From contig JBLDXI010000042.1 of the NCBI GenBank assembly GCA_047495785.1, positions 2,914,001-2,978,000 of the forward strand: a stretch of 64,000 nucleotides of DNA, given 5' to 3'. Source of the DNA: Lepidodermella squamata (Eukaryota > Animalia > Gastrotricha). A model generated the notes under the pieces. It saw only the letters and a program-made list of their open reading frames with translations. It did not search any database and was not told where the DNA came from. Shown piece after piece: positions 1 through 12,800 of the stretch. The first letter of the stretch is position 1. Each line of letters begins with the position of its first letter. A program made the translations under genes and the position numbers.

Positions 1-25
1 GCTGGTAAACTCGGGAAAATTTCCT

Positions 26-3000
26 ATGTATGGCGGGCAAGGTAAACGCGCCTACGGCGTTATCAATGTCGTAACAAGCATATTTGGCGATGCTGCTCTT
101 CATCGAGAAGTTAATCCGCACCCTAGCGCGCTTCATATTTATCGATTGTTCACAGCTAGTGCGACTAATGTTGCTTATTCTTCGGACTCGCGGGCGAGTG
201 CTCATTTGATCGACGGTTTGGTAAATGCCATTAGCAGGGAAATTTTCAACTTGAAGTGCTCTGGTGATTCCCACGTGTATCAGGATTCCCTATTTGGAGT
301 TAGTTTGAGCACTCAGATGGCATCATCATTCGACAGCTCAGTTCCTTTTATCTATCTTGATCGATTTTTGTCGCTTGAAAAACTGAAGCAGTTCGTTCAT
401 CGAGTACTTTTCTCTCACGAGTCTCGAAAATCTGATGAATCTGAACTCGTTCTAAATTGCTATGTAGTCAACGATTTTGAAAATACCGAAAAAGGTATCT
501 CTGATCTGCCTCATCTCTTCCCTGCCCATATTCACTACAGCTGGTCGCTTGTAAAGCCATCGGGGCCAAATGAAGTACTATCAACTGTATTACACGGCGG
601 ACAACCTCCATTGGCTTTATTATTCTCATCTGTATTCGATGATCTTTCAGCGTTGCAATCCTATCTCAGATTATTTGATTCTCCACAATCAGTCAATGCT
701 GTACCTAATGCGAATGATGTATTTTCCCTTCGACAATTTTATCAAGAACGCCTAGCGTTTTTTGCTAAAAATCGTTCATTTGATAACATTTTCGAACTGA
801 CTCTGTCTATTCTTGCTTTTGGTTGCACTATCGGTCCACCAATATTTGGCCGTGATGTGGACGCGGGTGTTCAAAATCAGTTACTAGAGTCAGCCACCAA
901 GCTTTTCTCCTCTAATGCGTCGGCTCTGAGAGCTTTGATCAACTATGGTCTCGGGTTAGGAATCTGCGGGTCACGGTTCGTTGGCGCTAACGAAGTTTCT
1001 TCGAAAGGAAATGGAAGGTGGTACAATTTAGTAAGTACGCATAGAAATGTGTTTTGCTCTAGCTACAATTTTGTGTGCACAGGCTTGCCGGAACTTCGCG
1101 GATCGGATAAATGGGTTCTTCGGCGTCGATCCTATACACTATCGAACAGTTCCAACCGCAGACTCATCACCGATCACAAATTTACTGCTAACCACAGCCG
1201 CGGCCCTCCATCAGCCGGATTTGGACGAAGTTCCCATCTGCATGGCTGGCTTGCCCAATATCATAGCTGGCATTGCGATGTACTCTCAAGTCTATTGGCT
1301 GGGCGTAGCATCAGTCGCAACTCTGGCTCATTGCCCTTTCCTGCTGATGACCATAGGCAATTTGAGAAATAATCAACACATAAATGTTGTGCCGGAGCAA
1401 CTTTACGAATCGACAAAACCATTGGAAATTAAAGAGGTCGTTTCCTTGTTTATGAACTATCCTTCTCTTATCAACCCCACATCAATCGGCCATGAAACTT
1501 CCACATCTTATTTACGTGAAATGATGAGGAAGGAATTTCATACTGACTTCAGTCAAATGACTCACGAAATGCTGGTGTCAACGTTGCAAAGCACTCCAAA
1601 AGCTTTAGCAGATCCGCCTGATACTCGCTATCAAGCACCCAACGATTCCTGGCTTTCGATTGGCGGACGACTCGCAAAGTTGGCATCAGTTAGAAACTTT
1701 GCGCAAACGACCGATAGTGGCCGGCGAATTCGGTCCGAAAAACGGCATTCGAATTTGGTTCTGGGAGCACATCCAGCGCTACATCATCATTTGTCACACT
1801 GTAGCAACTGCGATGCGTTTGCTAATCGCGTTTTCGCATTGATGGAATTTGTAAACCCTCGAAGTCACTACCCGGAATGCTTCAGACCAGTTTTAGCGCT
1901 CAGCGGGACATCGGCACTGATGTGCTCTTACACGTCCCCGGACCCGAGAGTTCCCCTGCCGCCAATTGTCATGTCTCAGTTTTGGCTGCCAACTTCAGAA
2001 GATGTCGAAATGATTGCTGCTCCTCTAGACGCAATTGCTGATACAGGTAGGCTGCTGAAATTCAAGAATGTTTAATGTGCACACAAATTTAATTATTCTC
2101 AGTGTCTAACTATCTCTCGTCTCTTTGCGTTCATGGAACAGCTGTTCAGATGCTGTCGTTCCGATTTGTGGTTTTGAATGCCTTATCCGCAATAGATCAA
2201 GAAGACAAAGGCTGCTACGAGATACCGACAGTTGAAGTTGCGTTGCCAGTTGCTTTTCGCGACCTTTGCGGCTGTGCCATCGAGTTACATCGATGGTGGT
2301 CAGTTTCGCCGCAGCATCACGTTTACCTGCGAGGTCTGATAAATATAGCCGAACCTCCCGACAATCCCGAGGATGAAGATTGCGATTACAATCCATGCTT
2401 CGTTGAGTTTCTCGTGGACATACGACCTTGCATTTCCACCGATTTTGTCACTGCCTTTCGACCATTTGATCGATTGAACAATATTTTCGCATGCCAAGAG
2501 GATGTAAGTCATAAATATATCGAGCGCTTGGTTAAAATTGAATCCTATCTATTTTTCTAGTACAAACACTTCGAAGCGATTTTCGTCCGATTAGCTAGTT
2601 TGAATGACTCTAGCGTCATCGGCCTTGGAGTCGATGACTTGGATACTGCTATCTCTATGGCTTCCTTTTTCAATTATCCTTTGCTACCTTTTGCTCAACG
2701 TCAAGTCGATATTGATATTCACAGTCGGTTCTCAATAGCTATGGCTACAAGTAATTGGCACGAAGCAATGCTGCTAGCTCATTGGCATGCTATATTAGTC
2801 CCAAATTCGGTTTGCAAATTCTGATTTTCCGGTTATTTGATCGTTTAACTTGACCTTTTTCAGAACGATCAGTGTTTCTGTGCTTTGATGGACGCCGAAG
2901 TCGTGTTCCGCAGCTCAATGTCTTTGGTGCCGCTGCTGAGACTTCCTAACTGGGTAAAGGGGCTTGCAACTCTCGTTATTTACTGCAGAGATTCCCTTCT

Positions 3001-3703
3001 AATGGCGCTCAACTTTTCAACCGGAACGACGGTTGAAATCGATGCTGATGCTTTGATAGGACCATTATCCGCCCTTCAGCGCTTGCGGATTGCCGAAGAA
3101 GGTCTCTTGTCTTTTATCATTAAATTGATCCAATGTAACTTCATATTTTTCCAGCATCCTTAACGCAGAATCAAGATTTCTGTAAATTCGAACGAAAAAT
3201 GGTCAAAATTCTTGCGGAAAGTCTGCGTTATGCACAACAAATTGCTAATAGCAAGTCATCTTCAGAGCCTGATACCATCTTCGCGACTGAACCAACAGGT
3301 TACGCAAGCGTCGTATGGATCATTGCGAACAGCTACATCGATCACGCATTGAGCTGCCTCGTACCTGAGTTATCTGTCAACGTTGATTTAAAGGTTCGAT
3401 GGCAAAACGTCGTGGACAGATTTTGTGCAGTGAGTCGCATATTTACGAGTTTGAAAAACATTGTCAAATTTCATACCACAGGCAGCTCATGATTTGAGCA
3501 GACTTGCGGCGCTTTTACTCGGCTATTGCGACACGGTGTCTTACTATCATTTGTTTGCCTTTGGGAAGAAACATCAAATGATGCGGAAAGTTTCTTTTAG
3601 CTGTGTCGGTGATCCGAATGGTGAAGAAGCCTGCCCACTACTTCCGAGATGCATTTTCCGATATGATGTCGTTTCACTAACCAGGACTCCCGTTTACGAA
3701 TGA
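26..3703 (+). CDS. Uncharacterised multi-exon protein (about 1000 aa; 5' end may lie outside the window)
   Basis: Consecutive + strand ORFs join in frame through short GT-AG introns (1031-1082, 2047-2102, 2504-2560, then about 2810-2863, about 3102-3154, about 3430-3481). No domain recognised. The last exon and stop are uncertain. Confidence 0.65.
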
Positions 3704-3910
3704 ATTATCGCTTTTTATAGCATTATTTTATTGATTTTTCCAGAAATAAATTCCAAAGTGTGAAATAAAAATCGACAAATGATTGAGAAATGTTGCTTTG
3801 ATATTAGCTGATGCGGCGTTGTAACTGTTGTTTTGAATTTTCTTTATGCTCAAATAGTATTTGCTGGCCTCTGGAACAAAGGTTGTTGTTTTTCACTGAA
3901 TCACGTAAAT

Positions 3911-4367
3911 TTAAAACTTACGGTGACAGCGTATGACAAAGTCGCCATTTCGATAGAACGGTGTTGTGATAAATCGGATCAGGCCGTACTTACCAGTAAA
4001 GAAATTTTTTGATGGAACGTTTTCATCTGAGCAAATGTCAACTATCGGCTTCAAATTTACATGACTTTGGCCGTCATATAAGAGTAATTCAGCTGCGCTA
4101 CAGTTAACGTTATTCTGAACGTCGAAGCTTACAACTTTACACCTGTAATTGGGTATCAAAACATGAACTTTCAGTGGCATTTTTAATTTACTGTAAGGCG
4201 TGGGATGATTCTACAATCCAGCAATTGTCCTCGCTTGGAGTAGTGAATGAGTAGCTTTTTATGTTCAAATAAGCCCCATTCGGATTAGCTTGAAGGCGGA
4301 CAGTTGAACTGCAGCCTTCGGATAATTGAAATACCAATTGAAATAAAAATAGTATTTTGATAAGCAT
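3911..4367 (-). CDS. Small secreted single CUB-like domain protein (about 135 aa)
   Basis: Exon 4367-4192 (MLIKILFLFQLVFQLSEG signal, C...NCWIVESS), a 49-nt GT-AG intron at 4191-4143, then exon 4142-3911 (CKVVSFDVQNNVNCSAAELLLYDG...ICSD...LIRFIT...GDF). The F-D-V...C...L.LYDG...C pattern is CUB-like. Confidence 0.7.
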
Positions 4368-5720
4368 GCTGTAATTTTAAATGTGCTGTGAAAATGATGA
4401 CTGATTCACCGATCAAGGGTAACACAAAATTGAATCCGGCGGTTAAGTCAACTTGATGATAATAAAATTATCTCATTGTGAATACGGCGCCTCGTTAGAC
4501 GGAGCGTGAATCCTGAAGAAATTATTGTCGCTGCTGAAATCATACGTCATCTCTTATATTCTGCTGGATTCATTCTACCCGTTAATACGGTTTTTAGCCT
4601 GCTTTCATGCAAGATTTTTGGGAACTGGGAATATGACTGAATGCTTTACGATGTCTTCGCTTTCACATCGTAAAATTTGCATCGTAAATACGATTCACAA
4701 AACAATACCCAGTATGAAGATTCAACATCTCAAGGAACAAGGATAACCCATCATCTTTTGGAATAGAAATATACATAAACATAAACATTTCGACGAAATA
4801 AAAGAGACAGAACGGCCAAGAAAATCACTCTCAGATTCTTCATGGTTGGTTTCTCACATTTTTCAAAGAAGCCCTAATCCTCGGTCGATCAAACCAAGGC
4901 TGAAAAGCTTTTTATATAAAATGTGATAAAACCCCATCGAGTGGCTTCGAAAAATTAGTTATTAACGAAATTAAGCAATGGCTGATAAAGAACTCTTACC
5001 CTGCTGGCCCATGGCCCATGGGCAAACCATAAAGATGCGCCCAAAAAAAACTATTTAGGGCCATCGCACTTCGAAGCTTGTGTGCATTTAATCTCCACAT
5101 GCGCGCCTCAAGAGCTTATGTATAGAGCACTAAATGTTCTTTTCCTCTCTCTAAAACAAAATATCGCCCATTTCATTGATGAAGTCTTTCTAATAGCTAA
5201 CAGATTGAGCAGTGAGCAGCGACATGGTCATTATGCTGTGGACATCGGTTTACGTCGTTTGAAATTGATCGCCGGTGCCATGCATAGAGATTTCGAAGTT
5301 GCGAATGAGATGAGAGCCGATATAACCGATTCCGGCACTATCATTATCTTCACAGTCAATTGTTCTGATGATCAGGGTTCAGGGATTTGCCCGAGACCTG
5401 CTTGCGCACTTTGCGAAAAAAATGCTTTCGAGTATTCAAAAACCTGCGCGAAATTATTAACGTATAAAGATGATTTTCTATGATTTTTGCTTGAAAAATT
5501 ATGTTTTAATTACGAAATCCGAGTTGTAAAATATATTAAAATGTCCTTCACGGTAGGTATTGCGCGGCAAGGAATTTCGTGTGCTAACCAAAAGTTCTCC
5601 TTGATTTTCTTTAAGCGCCTAATCAAGGCATTAATAATAGGCCATATAAACTGATGTCTGAGGATTGGCAAATTACCTCTGACAATAGGGCCATATTCTG
5701 CCCAATGATATAATTTGCTT

Positions 5721-5745
5721 CCTAGGGAACCTGAGGTTCCCTAGG
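5721..5745. repeat. Perfect palindrome/hairpin (12-bp arms, 1-nt spacer)
   Basis: CCTAGGGAACCT-G-AGGTTCCCTAGG. Confidence 0.85.
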
Positions 5746-6346
5746 TATGAGGGCAGACCAAAAGTTCTCTGGATTTTGCCCCCACCCCTACTTTTTTGTG
5801 TTTCCGCTCTTCAAGCTTCTGAACTGTGCAATTTATGAACTTGGAACTTGGCTATTGAACATCAGATCTCAACTCTCTGGCGTCTTCCCTTTTTTCGACG
5901 AGTTCAGAGATAACCGAGAAATGAACTCGAATGTGCCATAACTTGAATTACTGTTAACTTTCAGATTACTAGAAACGCTAGTGTCAGAATATTGGAGTCA
6001 TAACCACTCCAAAGTCAAAAAGCTTCGATACCTCATTTGGATTCATCTTTTTTCTTTCGCTTCATGCTTTTCTGGGAAAATGGAGGTTGAAGGTTGTGGC
6101 AGAATTTGTTTGGGCATTTTTATACTATTTTATCTCCACCTCCAGAATATTGGTGCCCAAAAGCTTTGTGTTAGAGACTCGTGGTAGTTTTTGTTATTAT
6201 TGTTATAATTCTTCATTGTCAGTCATTTTGCAAGATTCCACTATCACTTACCTACCCTGTCGAACGATGCCAGAAATCGACCTCTATCTTTTGCTATGCT
6301 TTCTGATGAATGTTCTTCATTTGTAGGTATATCCATTACTCGCAAG

Positions 6347-7921
6347 ATGGAGGCACATCTTGATTGTCCCGAATTAAAATGCCGCGGTGGATGTGGTTTT
6401 TATGGCAACCCAAATTGGGAAGGCTATTGTTCGATGTGTAGAAAGAAGTTTCTCGCCAACGCTACTACCCCTGTTACCGACGAATACAATGTAGATGATC
6501 GAATGCGCGCTCCCTCTTTTTCTATCAAAGCGAATTCGACTCCTCCTGGGTCTCCTGCGATGGCACGAGCTGACTCTTCTCGATTCGCACGAGAGACTGC
6601 ATCGATGGCTGCAACGCTGAAAAAGACTTTTAGTCAATCTGGTGATACGTCGAAGGAGGCATCTGGTAGAGCGTCGCCTACTCTCCGACCGAAGTCTGCA
6701 GATAAATTTTCCACCATGCTCCGAGCACTTCCGCGGCCAGTGAGCACTGAGCTCGAAAATACCGTTAAGCACTTCCTTCACAAGCTGCACTCGCGAACAT
6801 TTGCTTCAATTGACGAGCTTTCAGATTTCGTGCAGAAGTTTTACGTCAGACTTGAGGAAAAGTTGAACAAAAACAGTGTTTACCTTGCATTGCCTAGTCA
6901 GGTTCGTGAGGACTTGTGGGATGAAGTTGAGGCTCATGTCTGCACTCGTTTACACAAAACGGTTTTCGCACATTTGCAAGACGAGGAAGCCGACTTGGCC
7001 TTGCATAATAAATTGCGATCGCTTTTGAAAGAAGTAACTCCGATTGATTTGGAACTTCCACCAGCTTTTGCTGACAGTGACGATTCACAGCCTGAAAATG
7101 ACGATAACATGAAACATTTATTAGACGACGCTTTCCTTGCTATCATCGATATGACCACGAAGGTGACGCCGCAAGAAATACTTTCGTGTCTTTCAGCGTG
7201 TTGCACGGCACTGTTTAGTGCGTTGAGAGCGGCGCTGCCTAGTCCGCCATCTGCAGATGACTTTCTACCCGCACTAATTTATTGTGTTATACGGACGAAT
7301 CCTCCTCAAATTCACTCGACAATCGCCTACGTTGAACGGTTTGCACTACCTAGGCGTATTTTGGACGGTGAAGCCGCTTATTACTTCACTAATTTGTGCT
7401 GCGCTGTGCGGTATCTGGACAGCACAGACGCCGCGTCGATCAAATCAAAAAGCAAAAAGTCACAAGCAGCTGACGAAGCCGATGCAAAAGAAGCTGCCGA
7501 TAAAAATTGCAGTGTTGCCGCAGTCAAAGCAGAGCGTCGTCTGAGTATTTTAACAGCCAAGGCTCAGGATGAGTTATCAAAACGACTAGAAGATTTTGAA
7601 TCAAGTATGTCGCAACTTGCTGGTAAAATCAGCGAAGAAGCTCGAGGATTAACGCAAAAAATTCAAGCTGCCTGTGAAGAGGCAAATAACGCGATCGAGA
7701 CGCAGTTGTTTATCGATTTTAGCGATCCTCCCCCTGCTCCTCCTAAACCGGTTGAACTTAAATTATTCGCGTTGGGAACGATGGACGCCGAAGGTATCGA
7801 ACAATTGAAAACTACTCTTGTCAAATCAGAAGCGACCCCTGAAACGAGCAGTGAACCGCCGCAACCACTTTTGATCGATTTCGAAGCCGAGTTGCCGGCG
7901 AAACCGTCTCCTTCATCTTAG
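6347..7921 (+). CDS. RABGEF1: Rab5 GDP/GTP exchange factor (Rabex-5): A20 zinc finger + helical bundle + VPS9 domain
   Basis: N-terminal CRGGCGFYGNPNWEGYCSMC (A20 ZnF). VPS9 motifs SADDFLPALIYCVIRTNPP and GEAAYYFTNLCCAV. Uninterrupted CDS. Confidence 0.93.
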   Translation: MEAHLDCPELKCRGGCGFYGNPNWEGYCSMCRKKFLANATTPVTDEYNVDDRMRAPSFSIKANSTPPGSPAMARADSSRFARETASMAATLKKTFSQSGDTSKEASGRASPTLRPKSADKFSTMLRALPRPVSTELENTVKHFLHKLHSRTFASIDELSDFVQKFYVRLEEKLNKNSVYLALPSQVREDLWDEVEAHVCTRLHKTVFAHLQDEEADLALHNKLRSLLKEVTPIDLELPPAFADSDDSQPENDDNMKHLLDDAFLAIIDMTTKVTPQEILSCLSACCTALFSALRAALPSPPSADDFLPALIYCVIRTNPPQIHSTIAYVERFALPRRILDGEAAYYFTNLCCAVRYLDSTDAASIKSKSKKSQAADEADAKEAADKNCSVAAVKAERRLSILTAKAQDELSKRLEDFESSMSQLAGKISEEARGLTQKIQAACEEANNAIETQLFIDFSDPPPAPPKPVELKLFALGTMDAEGIEQLKTTLVKSEATPETSSEPPQPLLIDFEAELPAKPSPSS

Positions 7922-8308
7922 AGGAACTCACCAAGTCTTTGATAAAAAAAACTATTCTAGATAGATGAAAAGCGCACACAATTTTTTATTATGTATCATA
8001 TCAATGTGGTGAACAAAGACGCGCAGACTAATGGATGTGATTTTTTGTTGATTTATTATTATTTTGCTTCATTGTATGCGAAGAAATTTGACGGGAAATC
8101 AATCTTTGATATTGTTCAACTATAAGTGATTCGACTATAGACCTATGTATCTATCCAGTGTTTGGTGGACACATTAATCATCTATATAAATATAATTTGC
8201 AAAAAATCGATGGTCGCTGCGTTTTTTGATGGACGAGTAATTATTATTAAAACTTCGGAGCTATTTTTAAAATTAATTTCTTAATGTGTTCTTGTAGATT
8301 TTTGTTTC

Positions 8309-9115
8309 ATGTTGAAATCCGCGAATCCATTTCTGTTGCTGAGGCGCTTCAGTGCTCGTGAGCGAAAACCGCCTCCGCTTTCTTTTCCCGCCGTAGCCCC
8401 GCCGGATTGGGCTAAACCAATTTTGGACTCGGACAAACCGACGTCGGAGTGGCAGAAAACTGGGACTGGCGAGGCGCCTCACGCCTTGTACGCTGTCACG
8501 CGCTTGAAAACGACGTTCGGCCGGCCGTGGTGGGAGAAGAAAATCATAAAAGAATTCGGGTTAGACGGCGGGCAGGAGTTTGTCATCGTCAAAAATACGC
8601 CGGCAACGTGCGAAAAACTTGCTCAAGTGCAACACCTCGTCAAGATTATGCCAGTCAAATTTCCCAACGGACTGCCGAAAAGCCCGGAGGATTTCAAGTA
8701 TTGCCATTTGAAGCACAATGGCGAGTTCGTGGTCCGCCAAAAACTCGACTTGGCCGCCGATCAACTTGTCCCATTCAGCCCGGAACAAGAATCTAAGCTG
8801 CTGGATCGGAAATATTTGCGGGCTTTCAATAAAAAGCGATATCTTGACCATCGTTATTTGGAGGAGCATCATCAAGAACATCACGTTTATCGGCGGAATC
8901 AGGATGGCCAGGAGTACCGTTATAAGGACCTGCATGCGGACTGGCGGAAATCGAATGGAGTCACTGATCCGACGTTCAACGCGGTTGAGCCGCGTGGTGC
9001 TACGAAAGGCGTTGTTCGTGATATTAGAAACTGGTTCAACTCGCGGGAGAGCGACCCGGTCTTCCAGAAGGTGGTTGAAAAAGTCGAGAAGACTCTGCCG
9101 CCACCTCGCTTCTAG
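8309..9115 (+). CDS. MRPL30: Mitochondrial ribosomal protein uL30m, C-terminally extended
   Basis: Basic transit-like N-terminus. LYAVTRLKTTFGRPWWEKKIIKEFGL...IVKNTPATCEKLAQVQHLVKIMPVKFPNGLP matches the metazoan MRPL30 core. Confidence 0.85.
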   Translation: MLKSANPFLLLRRFSARERKPPPLSFPAVAPPDWAKPILDSDKPTSEWQKTGTGEAPHALYAVTRLKTTFGRPWWEKKIIKEFGLDGGQEFVIVKNTPATCEKLAQVQHLVKIMPVKFPNGLPKSPEDFKYCHLKHNGEFVVRQKLDLAADQLVPFSPEQESKLLDRKYLRAFNKKRYLDHRYLEEHHQEHHVYRRNQDGQEYRYKDLHADWRKSNGVTDPTFNAVEPRGATKGVVRDIRNWFNSRESDPVFQKVVEKVEKTLPPPRF

Positions 9116-9834
9116 CTCAAATGAAAACTTAGTTGTGATTCTGAAAAAAATCGAGAATTTTTATTAAAACGATGTGCCTGAAACTATGCGTTTTTAAACC
9201 TTAAAAAAAATCGAAAATTGAAACGATGATAAACCACGCTGTTTCCCCGAGGTCCCAGGTTCTATTTATCTATACTAATATTAAATTAGGCGCTTTTTAA
9301 CGTCAATTAAAGTTCCGCTGAGGTTAGAAAAAAACATGAAAAAATCGTTGTGCTCCATTCATTAATGTTGTTGTAGATATTGCTGCGTCATCGCTTACTG
9401 TCTCATATTTGGGGTTAACGTTCTATTATCATGGCGTGGCGTGGTCGCGTGCCGACTCATAAAACGCCACGCCAGTAAAAGATCTAGAAAACTGGTATTT
9501 TGCTGAGATTTGTAATGGAAAACAAATAGCTTAAGATGGGGTAAATGTTTCGGATCAAATGTTTCGATTTATAAGCCTAATTTCGAATTTAAGGGTTCTT
9601 AATTTAAATTAAGGTGGAATTTTGTTGCTCCGGATTTGAAAAAATTCCGCCATTTTTTTATGAAGGGGCTTATTAAATATGAATATGATGAAGGAGATGA
9701 ATTCTTGATGTTTGAAGTCCAATCTCGGAAAAGCAATCTAATTTCAATAATCAAGAATGAGGCTTTTATTAAGTTGGCTCTAAATTTTCGATTATTTTCA
9801 ATTTTTAGATCTTTAAAATTATCATCGTGGTATA

Positions 9835-12800
9835 ATGGTTCTCTTCTCAGCCGCCCCACGTATCCGGATCGATCTCGTCCGTCTGTTCGCCTCCAGCTCA
9901 GCCCCGGCAAAGCGTGTCATCCGCCGGTTGCTGATCGCCAACCGCGGTGAAATAGCCATCCGCGTCATCAAAACCGCCCGCCGTCTCGGCATTCGAACCA
10001 TCGCTGTTTATTCGGAAGCCGATGCCAAGTCTCTGCACACGCAGTCGGCCGATGAAGCCTACTGCATCGGGCCGCCGGCGCCGCGGGAAAGCTACCTTAA
10101 ACAGCAAAAGCTGATCGATGTGTGTAAAAACAGCGGCGCTGAGGCTGTTCACCCTGGCTACGGATTTTTGTCGGAAAACGCGGAATTCAGCGATTTGTGC
10201 AAGGCGAATAACGTGATTTTCGTCGGACCGCCTGCTCAGGCTATGAGAGATATGGGTCTGAAGTCGCTGTCGAAGCGAATTATGGAAAACGCAAAAGTCC
10301 CGGTTATTCCCGGTTACCATGGCGACGACCAAAGCGACGCGCGTCTGACTACAGAGGCCGATAAAATCGGCTACCCGGTTATGATCAAAGCCATCCGAGG
10401 CGGTGGTGGGAAGGGTATGAGAATCGCCATGACGAAGGCTGAATTCGCCGGCCAACTCGAGTCGGCCCGGCGTGAGGCGACTAACTCGTTCGGTAACGAT
10501 GAAATGCTACTCGAGCGTTACATTGAACGACCCCGCCACGTCGAGGTTCAAGTTTTCGGCGACCAGCATGGTAATTACGTGTATCTCTGGGAGCGAGATT
10601 GCTCAGTTCAAAGGCGGCATCAGAAAATTATTGAGGAGGCCCCGGCGCCCGGGTTGTCACCCGAGACCCGAAAGGCGCTGGGTGAGGCTGCCTGCGCCGC
10701 CGCCCGGGCTGTTGGCTACGTCGGGGCTGGTACGGTTGAGTTCATCCTCGACGCTGATCTGAAGTCGTTCTACTTCATGGAGATGAACACGCGGTTGCAG
10801 GTCGAGCACCCGGTTACTGAAATGATTGTCAACCAGGATTTGGTCGAGTGGCAGTTGCGAGTCGCCCAGGGCGAAAAACTGCCCCTGGTTCAGAGCGCGA
10901 TCCCGTTTGACGGGCACGGTTTCGAGGCGCGCATCTACGCTGAAGATACTGATGCGAATTTCATGCCGGCGCCTGGGCCGCTTCGCCATCTGGCCTACCC
11001 GAAGAATCACGTGTCTTTCACGTGCCTCGGCGTTGACAAATCGGCGGTTGCTCGCGTCGATAGCGGCGTGCGCCACGGCGATGAAGTTTCCGTTCATTAC
11101 GACCCGATGATCGCTAAGTGAGTTTTCAAAACCGGGTATTTTGTTTCACGCTCCAGATAATCAAATTGTATTTCGCATGAATGATCTTGTGGTATGTAGC
11201 CTGAATACATCTCATAGAGGGGGGTAAAAAAATACATGGGACGTGAATATTTTCGATTTTTTTTCAACGCTATTGTGACTCGTGATTGTTTATTACATCC
11301 GGCTTGAGTAAAACTACCGTTGCCATGTGAAATGCGAGGAAAAATTAAATCGAAACTGATTTGAAAATTGATTGAAATTTGTTGTAATTCCTTGGTCGCA
11401 AACCTCACGAAATTATTCGAAGCTGATTTCAAATACAGATTTTCTTTAAGCGGAACCAACTTTACGGTCAGCGGAATTTAATTCGAAGTGTGCTGAATGT
11501 TGATTTTCAAAAAAGTAATTCAAAAGGGTAAGAATTTGAGGCAATGTATGATTTATAATGTCTTGCACAGAATTTTACGGTGAATTAATTAAAATTAATT
11601 AATTCAGATTTACGTTGGTCAATAATAACATTTTTGTAAAATCTGAAAAGTGGTCTCAGGCTCGATAGATAATCTAAATTAGGTTCCGTTCGGAGGACCC
11701 TTTCATATAGCATCATTTGGGGGCTTTGAAACTGCATGAAAAATGTGCATAGATATTGTGCATTAGTTGGTTAATTGGACTTGGGGGATATATTTCTGAC
11801 CCTGGCAAAATTAGAGAAGGTTTTTTTGCGTGGAAACGGCCGATTTCTAACTTCAGCAATTCCTCAGATTTATTTATTTAAGAGCAGAAATCCCAAAGTT
11901 GAGAGCTCAGAAAATAAAGTTTGTTTGAAGTAAAAAACATATAGTCACGTCAATTCGGTCCGTTCCAGAACAATATCCAACAAAAGATTCAACAGTTACA
12001 ATTTTTTCAGTTTAGGTTTATAGATAAAAAATAGTTATAAACAAGTTGATGGGAAGAACAGGCATCGTCACAAATTTGAAGCCACAATCACATCTTGGTG
12101 GTAGGTTAATGTAGTTCATAATGTTGATGAGACCAGAAAACAACGAAAGATAAGCTTACATCCAAATTTTCACCCAAAATATATATGTAGAAGTATCGTT
12201 TCCACCTAAATTTAGCCGTATAAGAAAGAAAGAAATAATTGATTTTATGCAGGAGTGATAAATTCATTAGCAAGTTGTATCCTGCATATATTCAGTGCTA
12301 GAAATTTTTCAACAGAATTTAATTTCAGAAAATTCTTCTCGGTATTATTTTTGCGAATCGATGGTCATAAGAGTCATAACTCTGCACAATTTATCAGAAA
12401 CTGTAATTGAAAGGGTGTAATATTTGAATTGGATAAACTCCAAATGCTTTATTTTATCCACCAAGTTATTACTGCAATAATTTGAGACATGGGCCAAAAA
12501 AGGTGCCCAGCAGCTGTTTCATGCCGTCACATGATAAGGAGATGTGCGCAATGATGAACCAGCTGTCGCTCTCCTCAAAAGTGATGAAAATTAAAAAGTG
12601 GCCCATTGCTCGCTTAACCTTGAAAAATTACGCCTTTTCTATTGCGTATTACTAATTGAATAGTTCGATTTAATTTTCAATAGACTCGTCGTATGGGGCC
12701 CGGATCGCGTTTCGGCACTTCGCCGCCTGGTCGCCGCACTGCAAAATACGCACATTGTCGGCCTGCCAACTAACATCAATTTCTTGCTGAAATTGGCCAC

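Noticed and set aside
5082-5483. 133-aa ORF upstream of RABGEF1
   Set aside because: No motif, signal peptide or splice support. Probably chance or decayed sequence.
9898-11110. Long antisense and alternate-frame ORFs over MCCC1 (also over RABGEF1, MRPL30 and the MAM genes)
   Set aside because: Shadow ORFs of GC-rich coding exons.
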